Assembly: GCA_018920365.1 (NCBI GenBank)
Contig: JAHLMM010000001.1
Location: 135,628-199,627 of the forward strand
Direction of reading: 5' to 3'
DNA length: 64,000 bases
From: Candidatus Aenigmatarchaeota archaeon
GTDB taxonomy: Archaea; Aenigmatarchaeota; Aenigmatarchaeia; CG10238-14
The notes below the pieces were generated by a model that worked only from the letters and a program-made list of their open reading frames with translations, searched no databases and was not told the DNA's origin. Shown here piece after piece: positions 28,410 through 36,726 of this stretch. Made by a program: the position numbers and the translations under genes. Every line of letters begins with the position of its first letter. The first letter of the stretch is position 1.

Positions 28410-29187
28410 CTTTAATTTTATCTATAATATCTCTTTCGGTTATTATGCCAACAAGTTTATTATTTTCAATCACTGGTAATCCACCAATTTTATTTTTTTC
28501 CATAATTTCTATTGCCGCCATAACATCATCGTCAGGCTCAACATATGCTATATCTTTTATACAAACTTCAGTATTTAATCTGTTTAAATCATTTCCTTCA
28601 ATGATTTCTTTCAAGCATATCCTGTCTGTTACAATGCCTCTTATGATGTTCGAATCAACAATTGGTAGCTTTCTATACTTTGCGTTTACAAGATTTTTGA
28701 CAGAATCGATGATTTTTTCTGTTTTAACAAAAAATGGCTTCTTTGTCATAAAAAATTTTATTTTATTTTTCAATCCATCCTCATCTATGATCGATATAAT
28801 GTCATTTTCTGTTATTATACCAACAAGATTATTTTTTTTATCAAAAACCGGGAAGCCGCCACGTCTAGAGTATTGAAATTTTTTTATTATTTCCTTCACG
28901 CTGTCATCTTTATAGCAAAATATAAAATCTCTAATCATTATTTCTTCTATTTTTTTATCAAAACTTACTCCTCTCAGAAAAGCATCTAGAATATCCATTG
29001 CTGTTATTATGCCGACAACATTCTTTGAAATTAAATTTTTCTTAATTATTGGTTGTCTTCTGTGATTTGTTTTAATAATATTCTTTGCAACATCTATTAT
29101 TTTTGTTGTGTTGTGTTGATAGACAACATTCTTTGTTGAAAAATCGTATATATTTTTTTCTTTTGACTCTTCTTTTATAAAAATCAT
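28402..29187 (-). CDS. Four-CBS-domain protein
   Basis: Repeated VGIIT..DI / LPV motifs. Confidence 0.85.
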   Translation of the reverse strand: MIFIKEESKEKNIYDFSTKNVVYQHNTTKIIDVAKNIIKTNHRRQPIIKKNLISKNVVGIITAMDILDAFLRGVSFDKKIEEIMIRDFIFCYKDDSVKEIIKKFQYSRRGGFPVFDKKNNLVGIITENDIISIIDEDGLKNKIKFFMTKKPFFVKTEKIIDSVKNLVNAKYRKLPIVDSNIIRGIVTDRICLKEIIEGNDLNRLNTEVCIKDIAYVEPDDDVMAAIEIMEKNKIGGLPVIENNKLVGIITERDIIDKIKVT

Positions 29188-29219
29188 AATATTTAATTTA
29201 TTTGCCAATTTAAAGAAAA

Positions 29220-29759
29220 TTACTCTTCTCTGCAATTTTCACATATCCATTGATCATCTTCAAAAACAAGAAAATCTGAATAATTACCGCAGACATCACA
29301 CAAGCCAGACGCAATTGAATTTTGTATTATTGGCTTTGCTGCTTTCATGCTAAGCCTTTCCTTTAATATTTCTATCATTTCAGGCACTGTCCTAGCTATA
29401 TCAGTAGTTGTTACAATACCAACAACTTTGCCATTTTGTATAACAGGTATTCTCTTTATTTTATGTTTTCTCATCTTTTCGACTGCAGCACTATAATCAT
29501 CATCAGGCTTAACAAATACTAGAGGCGAGCTCATGATATCTTCTGCCTTTAGTTTTTTAGGATCTTGTGATGTTGCAACTATTTTTTTAACCAAATCAGT
29601 TTCAGTAATTATACCAATCGGGTTTCCATTGTCTTGCACTATAATTGATCCAACTCTGTTTGCTACCATTTTTTGAGCAACTGTTGAGACATCTTCGTTT
29701 TTATTTACAGTAAGGGGTTTTTTCGTCATTACATTTTCTACTTTGATTTTCATAACCAT
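29220..29759 (-). CDS. CBS-pair protein with C-terminal zinc ribbon
   Basis: GIITETD, GIVTTTD; CDVC...CENC. Confidence 0.88.
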   Translation of the reverse strand: MVMKIKVENVMTKKPLTVNKNEDVSTVAQKMVANRVGSIIVQDNGNPIGIITETDLVKKIVATSQDPKKLKAEDIMSSPLVFVKPDDDYSAAVEKMRKHKIKRIPVIQNGKVVGIVTTTDIARTVPEMIEILKERLSMKAAKPIIQNSIASGLCDVCGNYSDFLVFEDDQWICENCREE

Positions 29760-29807
29760 ACTATCACTTTAATATACCTCTAAATAATAATTAAATTTAG
29801 GATTTAA

Positions 29808-30116
29808 ATGCATAAAGGATACAGGTATGAATATGCTGTAAAAAAGAAGCTTATTGATGATTATGGAAAACAAAATGTGCTAAAACTTGCTATAGGACAG
29901 TCGGCAGATTTCATAGTGCTTGCACCGAACCAAAATAAAGTAGAAAAAATAGTTGAAGTAAAAGGTACTAGAAAAGAAAAATTTTATTTGAAACCAAGGG
30001 AAAAAATACAGTTTGAAAATATTGATAAGCTTGCAAAAGAACATAATATACCTATAGAAATTTGGATTAAAACAAAAAACAATGGGTTTGAAATAAAAAG
30101 AAAGGTGATCGAATGA
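29808..30116 (+). CDS. hjc: Holliday junction resolvase Hjc-like PD-(D/E)xK nuclease
   Basis: KGYRYE...ADFIV...VEVKGT. Confidence 0.7.
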   Translation: MHKGYRYEYAVKKKLIDDYGKQNVLKLAIGQSADFIVLAPNQNKVEKIVEVKGTRKEKFYLKPREKIQFENIDKLAKEHNIPIEIWIKTKNNGFEIKRKVIE

Positions 30117-30796
30117 AATTGCTTGTGTTGAGTGATAATCACAATGATGTTGAAAACATGTTTACTTTTATTGATATTCTTTCAGGCTATGATTTTGACG
30201 CAATAATTTATGCAGGAGATTTTAGTGATGTAAACGTACCAAAGGGATTTAAACAAGAAGATGTTGCTAAAATTATAATAGAAGAGCTGAGAACATTTAA
30301 AAAACCTATATTTGCTATTCCTGGAAACAATGATAACAAACAAGTTATTGAACTGATTGAAAAAGAAAACATAAGTATACATGGAAAGGGTAGAATTTTT
30401 AATGGTATTGGTTTCTATGGGTTTGGTGGTGCACAAACCCCCTTTAATACATCGTATGAACCAAAAGAAGATGAGATAAAGAAAGGTTTGGAAAGAAGTT
30501 TTATAGATGTTATGAATGCTAGCAAAAAAATACAGGTGACACACTCTCCTCCCATAGACACAAAACTTGATTATATAAACACAGGCATACATGTTGGTTC
30601 AAGAGTAATAAGAAATTTTATTGAAAAATACTCGCCTTTGGTTGCTGTTTCTGCACACATACACGAATCAAGGGGTATAGATTTTCTAAACAACACTCTG
30701 CTTATTAATCCTGGCAGGTTTGCAGAAGGTTATGTTGGTTTTATTGATCTAGAAAAAGAAAAACCTGAAGCTAAGATTATAAACTTAATAGAGTGA
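30113..30796 (+). CDS. Calcineurin-like metallophosphoesterase
   Basis: SDNH, AGD, PGNND, THSPP, AHIHE, INPG. Confidence 0.9.
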   Translation: MKLLVLSDNHNDVENMFTFIDILSGYDFDAIIYAGDFSDVNVPKGFKQEDVAKIIIEELRTFKKPIFAIPGNNDNKQVIELIEKENISIHGKGRIFNGIGFYGFGGAQTPFNTSYEPKEDEIKKGLERSFIDVMNASKKIQVTHSPPIDTKLDYINTGIHVGSRVIRNFIEKYSPLVAVSAHIHESRGIDFLNNTLLINPGRFAEGYVGFIDLEKEKPEAKIINLIE

Positions 30797-30798
30797 GA

Positions 30799-30976
30799 CA
30801 CCCGTTTATTTCTTATGGATCTGTTGTTTTTTTGTTCAAAAATAAAACAACAAATAATATAATAATATAATACTGTTATATCTAAATAGCTGATTATATT
30901 GCATAAACTCCAAAAGAAACAAAGGGGTGAGGGATATTATATATTTTCCAATAGAAAAAGGTTTATTTCTACAGGA
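30799..30976. other. Predicted replication origin (oriC): ORB elements and AT-rich unwinding element
   Basis: TCCAAAAGAAACAAAGGGGTG (30909-30929, +) and TCCATAAGAAATAAACGGGTG (30799-30819, -), 18/21 identical, flank an 89-bp AT-rich spacer; mini-ORBs at 30947 (+) and 30960-30976 (-); directly upstream of cdc6. Confidence 0.85.
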
Positions 30977-30988
30977 ATATTTTGTTTT

Positions 30989-32203
30989 ATGGAATCTCAA
31001 AAAACAATAAAACATATCTTCCAAGAGTATATATCTAAATCAACACCAATTTTTAAAAACAGAGAAGTGTTGACATCTGAGTTTATACCAGAGACAATTC
31101 AACATAGAAACAAGGAAATAAATACCATAGCATCGATTTTGGCACCATCACTTAAAGGTGGCAGGCCATCCAACATATTCATATACGGCTTGACAGGTAC
31201 AGGCAAAACTCTTGTTTCAAAACATATAACAGACGAGCTTGAAAAAATATCAAAACAAGGCAATTATCCAATCAAAGTACTTTATGTTAACTGTAAAATG
31301 AAAAAAATTTCTGACACAGAATATAGACTAATGGCAGAACTTTGCAGGCTTTTGGGGTATGAACTGCCAGCTACTGGGTTGCCTACAGACTATATATATC
31401 AAACTTTTTTCAATGCTCTTGATTCTGAAAAGAGAATAGTCATAATAATTCTTGATGAAATAGACGCTTTGGTTGAAAAAATAGGCGACGAATTTCTTTA
31501 CAACTTAACTAGGATAAATCAAGAATTGAAAAATTCAAAAATATCAATAATAGGTATAACAAATGATCTTCATTTTATAGAAATTTTAGATCCAAGAGTA
31601 AAAAGTTCTTTAAGGGAAGAAGAAGTTTTATTCTTCCCATACAATGCAACACAATTACATGATATATTGAAGCACAGATCTTACTATGCATTTTATGATA
31701 ACGTTTTATCTGATGAAGTTATACCAAAATGTGCTGCTCTAGCCGCTCAAGAGCACGGCGATGCAAGGCGTGCTTTAGATTTGCTTAGAGTTGCGGGTGA
31801 AATAGCAGAGAGGATGAATGATGACAAGGTTACAGAAAAACACGTTGATTTAGCACAAGAGAAAATAGATTATGACAGAGTCATAGAATCAACGAAATCT
31901 TTACCAAAACAAACCAAAGTTGTTTTGTGGTCTATTTTAGAATTGTCAAATGAAAAAAATGATGATATACAAACAGGTGAAGTTTATGATATATATCAAA
32001 GAAAATGTAAAGAAATAGGTCTATTTCCATTGACACAAAGAAGAATATCAGACTTGATTTCAGAACTTGATATGACAGGGATAATAAATGCCAAAGTCAC
32101 GTCTTTAGGCAGATATGGCCGAACTAGGGTTATAATGCTTAATTTAAACGAAAGTGTGAAAGAAAAAGTCAAAGCAATTTTAAATGAAAGTTTAGTGATT
32201 TAA
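30989..32203 (+). CDS. cdc6: Orc1/Cdc6 replication initiator
   Basis: IFKNREVL..FIPETIQHR, YGLTGTGKT, ILDEID, LDPRVKSSL, HGDARRALDLLR, wHTH with GRYGRT. Confidence 0.97.
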   Translation: MESQKTIKHIFQEYISKSTPIFKNREVLTSEFIPETIQHRNKEINTIASILAPSLKGGRPSNIFIYGLTGTGKTLVSKHITDELEKISKQGNYPIKVLYVNCKMKKISDTEYRLMAELCRLLGYELPATGLPTDYIYQTFFNALDSEKRIVIIILDEIDALVEKIGDEFLYNLTRINQELKNSKISIIGITNDLHFIEILDPRVKSSLREEEVLFFPYNATQLHDILKHRSYYAFYDNVLSDEVIPKCAALAAQEHGDARRALDLLRVAGEIAERMNDDKVTEKHVDLAQEKIDYDRVIESTKSLPKQTKVVLWSILELSNEKNDDIQTGEVYDIYQRKCKEIGLFPLTQRRISDLISELDMTGIINAKVTSLGRYGRTRVIMLNLNESVKEKVKAILNESLVI

Positions 32204-33150
32204 TGGATGAAAAGGAGATAGTAAAGACATTTCTAGATATGGGGGTCCAATTAACAAAAGATTCTTTAGCATTAATAAAAACAAACCCCGAAATTGTTAT
32301 TAGCGAAGTAAAAAATATGAAAGTAAAACCTTTTTTTCTGACATATGATTATGTTAACAGCATTTTAAACAAACATCGTGATCCAAAACAAAGAATAAAA
32401 ATATTAAAACAGTGGAAAATACAGCAAAAGACAGTGAAAATAGATGATTATAATTTTCACTTGACAAAAAAATATGAAAAAATAAGAGACATTTTCATTT
32501 CCTATGGAATCAATGCAATTTCGATAAACAAGATAAACGAAAATACAAGAGAATTTTCTGCTATAGGTTTGATTTTTTCCAAAACACCAAAATCTTTTGT
32601 TTTAGAAGACTTAACAGGAGAAATAGAAATAAATGTTGAAGGTTTGATGAAAAACAAACTTTCAGAATTTAACAATGACGATGTAGTAGCAGTTAGCTGT
32701 ATAAAAGAGAGGGATAAATATTTTGCAAAGAAATTGCTTCACCCAGATATACCACTTGATAGAAATGTGAAAAAACTAAATGAAAATATAGAAATAGAAC
32801 TATCACTTGGTGAAAATTCTTTTATCAACATCAATGATTTTGATTCGCCAGTAATGTTGGATTTTGACAACATAAATTTTCTTGTAATACCAAGAATTTT
32901 TTTGGAAAAAATAGACAAAGCGGAGAAAGAATATTTTATTGATATATTGAAAAAGAGATATATGCTTCCAGAATTCAATCCAAAAATAAGCTATTCTGAA
33001 GATGATTTTGTGATGGATGAGCTACCTGATTTTATAATTTCAGATATAGGAGAAAGAGCATCAAAAAACTACAAAGGCACAACAATACTACTTCTGGATG
33101 AAAATGGCTTCAAAGTCAATCTTCACACAAGAGAAGTAAATGAAATATAG
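32203..33150 (+). CDS. Truncated, inactivated DNA polymerase D small subunit (DP1/B-subunit-like)
   Basis: DP1-like N-terminal helix domain, OB fold (LEDLTGEIEI, DDVVAV, PDIP), C-terminal LKKR..LP...DDFVMDELPDF...NYKGT; phosphoesterase metal motifs absent; coupled to cdc6 (TAATG). Confidence 0.75.
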   Translation: MDEKEIVKTFLDMGVQLTKDSLALIKTNPEIVISEVKNMKVKPFFLTYDYVNSILNKHRDPKQRIKILKQWKIQQKTVKIDDYNFHLTKKYEKIRDIFISYGINAISINKINENTREFSAIGLIFSKTPKSFVLEDLTGEIEINVEGLMKNKLSEFNNDDVVAVSCIKERDKYFAKKLLHPDIPLDRNVKKLNENIEIELSLGENSFININDFDSPVMLDFDNINFLVIPRIFLEKIDKAEKEYFIDILKKRYMLPEFNPKISYSEDDFVMDELPDFIISDIGERASKNYKGTTILLLDENGFKVNLHTREVNEI

Positions 33151-33198
33151 CCAGAAATATATAAACACATTAAAAGTCGAACAAATATTATTAACAAC

Positions 33199-35907
33199 AT
33201 GGAATTAGACTTTCAAGTTTTAGATGTGGATTATATAATGCTGAACGATCATCCAACAATAAGGATTTTTGGAAAAACACCAGATAAAAAATCAATAACT
33301 GTTTTTGTGGATGATTTTTTGCCATATTTCTATGTTTATACAGACGAGGATAAGTTTGAACAGCTAATAAAATATATTGAAAGCAAATACAAAGGCATTT
33401 TAGAAAAAATAGAAATAGTAGAAATGTTTTTACCAATTTACTATTCAGACAAAAAAACAAAATTAATCAAAGTTACAATAAAAAACCCATCAATTGTTTC
33501 ACAAATAAGGGATGAATTGAGGCAAAAACCATTTGTTAAAGAAATTTACGAAGCCGATATACTTTTCAGAAACAGGTTCATGGCAGACAGAAACATAGTT
33601 GGTATGGGTTGGTATAAGGTTGATGGGATAGGCGCTAAAACAAGTACAGTAAAAACAGACTTGGTAGTTTCTGCAAAAAAAATAAAACCAATACCAAAAG
33701 AAGAAAACGTTCCTTTGAAATATCTTAGCGTGGACATAGAAACTTATACAGAGGAAGGCGGTATTCCTGATTCTTCAAAAGATCCTATAATAATGATCAG
33801 CTTGTTTTTCTACCCAACTTTTAAAGGGAAAAACAGCATGGTACTTATAGCAAAAAGATCAAAAAACCACTTTGAAGATACACTAACGTTTGATGATGAA
33901 AAGAAAATGCTTGAGGAATTCAAGAAAATCATAGATGATTATGACCCAGATATTTTGCTTGGCTACAATATTGCAAATTTCGATTTTCCATATATAGAGG
34001 CTAGACTAAAAGCAAATAATATCTCAAGATCTATTGGCAGATGTGCTCAAAAACAGATTATGATTTCGAAACTCTCAGCAAAATACAATGTTACTATTCC
34101 TGGAAGAATTGTTGTTGACGTCTATTCTTTAATCAAGGAGGCAACAACAAAATTTGGTTTGTATAAAGGATTGAAAAGATATGGTCTTGGCGATGTCTCA
34201 CAACTAATATTAGGTGAAACAAAAGTTGATGTATCACATAGTGAAATAAGCCTTTTCTGGAATGATGACGGAGATAAGTTTTCTAAACTTGTATCTTACA
34301 GCAGAAAAGATGCTGAACTGCCGTTTAGAATGTTGATAGAAATGAATATGCTTGACAAGTTTTTTGAAATATCCAAAGTAAGCGGTTTGGTTTTACAAGA
34401 TGTTTTAGATGGCGGCGAAGCTGCAAGAATTGAAAGTATTTTGCTAAGAGAATTCAATAAAAGAGGTTTTGTTATTCCAAACAAACCAAATGATTATGAG
34501 CTCAATAAAAGAAATGAAGAAAGAATTGGATCATCATTAAAAGGTGGTTTTGTTTTACAGCCTGAAATAGGTTTTCATGACAAAGCAGTTGTTTATCTTG
34601 ATTTCAAGTCAATGTATCCAAGCATAATGATGGCTTTGAACATATGCCCAACAACTCTACTGAAAGATGCTAACGCTGAAATTGAAAAAATTGTTTCCCC
34701 GCTAGGCACAGCATTTGTTTCACCATCAATAAGAAAAGGCATTGTTCCAGATATAGTAGAGTATTTGATAAACATGAGAGACAAGGTCAAAAAGGAAATG
34801 AAGTCAGCCGCATCAGACCAAACAAAGAAATACTTGTATGCAAAGCAATATGCTTTCAAAACAGTAGCAAACGCTTTCTACGGTTATATGGGTTATATTA
34901 GGGCAAGACTATATGTTCTTGATATTGCTAATACAATAACTACAACAGGCAGAGACACTATAAATACCACGAAAAAAATAGTTGAGACAAACACAAAATA
35001 CAAGGTTGTGTATGCTGACACAGATTCTGTAATGGTAAAATTAGATATAAGCGATGTCGAAGAGGCATTCAAAATAGGTGCAAAGCTTGCAGATATGATT
35101 AATAGCAACATGAAATATGCGCTTAGAATGAAGATAGAAAGTGTTTTCAAAACATTACTTATTTTAAGCAAAAAGAGATATGCTGGCTGGAGCTTTGAAG
35201 AGGTTAACGGAAAGTATGAAGACTCTATAGTAACAAAAGGTATAGAAACTGTAAGAAGAGATTGGTGCAACCTAGTTTCAGAAACTTTGCAAGATGTTTT
35301 AAACATTATATTAAAAGAGCAGGATATTGACAAAGCTATGAATATAGTTAAATCACGCATAAGTGATATAAGAACAGGAAAAATGGATATTAACAAACTG
35401 GTTATAACAAAAAGTATTTCTAAATCTCTTAAAACATACAAAGGCGTCCAACCTCATGTAGAGCTGCTTAAAAAAATGAGAAAAAGAGATCCAACTTCAG
35501 CGCCAGGTATAGGCGATAGGGTTGGTTATGTTATTATCAAAGGCACAGGTCAAGTATCAAAAAGAACTGAAGATCCAGAATATGTGTTGAAGCATAAAAT
35601 ACCAATTGATTCAGATTATTATATAGAGAATCAACTTCTTCCACCATTAGAAAGAGTTTTTGAAGTATTGAATATAAGCAAAAATGAGCTTTTGGGCAGT
35701 GGTAAGCAAATAGGTTTGTTTGACATATTGAGCAACAAGAATGGTAATGAATTAGTTGATGTTTTGGACAGTATTGATGGTTTTATATGCATGAGTTGTG
35801 GAAATATTTTGAGAAGAGTTCCATTGTCAGGTAAATGCAACAATTGTCAGGGTGAAATAGTTTTTTACAAAGACAGTAAAAAATCAAAAAAACTTTTGAT
35901 TTGTTGA
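33199..35907 (+). CDS. polB: Family B DNA polymerase with PIP box and C-terminal DP2-type zinc finger
   Basis: Exo motifs DIET, GYN...FD, YSRKD; pol motifs DFKSMYPS, KTVANAFYGY, YADTDS, KKRYAG, KGIETVRRDW; tail QIGLFDI then CMSC..RRVPLSGKCNNC. Confidence 0.96.
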   Translation: MELDFQVLDVDYIMLNDHPTIRIFGKTPDKKSITVFVDDFLPYFYVYTDEDKFEQLIKYIESKYKGILEKIEIVEMFLPIYYSDKKTKLIKVTIKNPSIVSQIRDELRQKPFVKEIYEADILFRNRFMADRNIVGMGWYKVDGIGAKTSTVKTDLVVSAKKIKPIPKEENVPLKYLSVDIETYTEEGGIPDSSKDPIIMISLFFYPTFKGKNSMVLIAKRSKNHFEDTLTFDDEKKMLEEFKKIIDDYDPDILLGYNIANFDFPYIEARLKANNISRSIGRCAQKQIMISKLSAKYNVTIPGRIVVDVYSLIKEATTKFGLYKGLKRYGLGDVSQLILGETKVDVSHSEISLFWNDDGDKFSKLVSYSRKDAELPFRMLIEMNMLDKFFEISKVSGLVLQDVLDGGEAARIESILLREFNKRGFVIPNKPNDYELNKRNEERIGSSLKGGFVLQPEIGFHDKAVVYLDFKSMYPSIMMALNICPTTLLKDANAEIEKIVSPLGTAFVSPSIRKGIVPDIVEYLINMRDKVKKEMKSAASDQTKKYLYAKQYAFKTVANAFYGYMGYIRARLYVLDIANTITTTGRDTINTTKKIVETNTKYKVVYADTDSVMVKLDISDVEEAFKIGAKLADMINSNMKYALRMKIESVFKTLLILSKKRYAGWSFEEVNGKYEDSIVTKGIETVRRDWCNLVSETLQDVLNIILKEQDIDKAMNIVKSRISDIRTGKMDINKLVITKSISKSLKTYKGVQPHVELLKKMRKRDPTSAPGIGDRVGYVIIKGTGQVSKRTEDPEYVLKHKIPIDSDYYIENQLLPPLERVFEVLNISKNELLGSGKQIGLFDILSNKNGNELVDVLDSIDGFICMSCGNILRRVPLSGKCNNCQGEIVFYKDSKKSKKLLIC

Positions 35908-35972
35908 CTTCACAAACACTTCACAAAACCTTCATTTACTAGATTAAAAATCGCGTGAACGTTTTTGTGAAA
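35908..35972. repeat. Phased GTGAAG-type repeats at the polB/LAGLIDADG convergence
   Basis: CTTCAC at 35908 and 35919, CTTCAT at 35930; inverted GTGAAC at 35955 and GTGAAA at 35967. Confidence 0.7.
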
Positions 35973-36591
35973 TCAATTTGTCAAATTTTACAGGATCGAT
36001 TATATTTTCAACAAGCTCCTTTTTTCGTTGATTTGTGAAACCGATTTTTTTTGTAAATTGTGAGACTTTGTTTTTTCCATTGATTTCTAAAACAGTGCTT
36101 TTACCATTTGAATAAATATTTGGTTTGATACCTTCCAATAGTAGCAGTTTAGCTAGCTGTTGAATGCCATTGCTGTTTACAGAAATAATTTTTATAGCTC
36201 TAATTTTTTGTCTATTTTTTAATCTATATATTATATTACCATGAATATCATAGAATGCTTGAAGGAATGAAATTCTAAACAACCGTGAATCAAATGCACG
36301 TGAAGGAACATTCCATTCATGTCTACCTGTTTTAATTTCATATGATTTTACTTTGTTGACAACATCCTTACCCCTTGCTATAAAAAGATCTGTTAAATAT
36401 TCTTTATCCTTTAATTTTCGCCTCCTTTTTAGTGTGGTGAATTCAATATTAGACAAGATTAAAGCCCTTGCTATAAGATTGCTTATGACTTGATCAGATG
36501 ATTCAATTGATATGTAATAGTCTTTATTTCTATCATTTATAACACCTTTTGCCGCTAATATACCACATAAATAACCTGATATATCATCCAT
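35944..36591 (-). CDS. Stand-alone LAGLIDADG-fold protein, probably nuclease-dead
   Basis: Two helices GYLCGILAAKG and SFLQAFYDIHG; SVNSNGIQQLAKLLLLEGI; FTKKIGF..QRK. Confidence 0.75.
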   Translation of the reverse strand: MDDISGYLCGILAAKGVINDRNKDYYISIESSDQVISNLIARALILSNIEFTTLKRRRKLKDKEYLTDLFIARGKDVVNKVKSYEIKTGRHEWNVPSRAFDSRLFRISFLQAFYDIHGNIIYRLKNRQKIRAIKIISVNSNGIQQLAKLLLLEGIKPNIYSNGKSTVLEINGKNKVSQFTKKIGFTNQRKKELVENIIDPVKFDKLISQKRSRDF

Positions 36592-36726
36592 AATATAATA
36601 GTAAAAGTAGGATTTAAAAAACCATAGCATAAATAGGAGTGTCGTATATTTCACGTGCATTAAAATTCTGTAAATGTGTATATTCGTGAATTCACTTAAT
36701 TTTTGGAATCAGATAAAAAATGAAGT

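Noticed and set aside
30899-30988. N-terminal extension of Cdc6 given by the ORF track
   Set aside because: It overlaps the ORB elements; family similarity starts at ATG 30989
33199-36591. Intein in polB, or the LAGLIDADG gene as an intein/intron remnant of polB
   Set aside because: PolB motifs are contiguous; the LAGLIDADG gene is on the opposite strand with no splicing motifs
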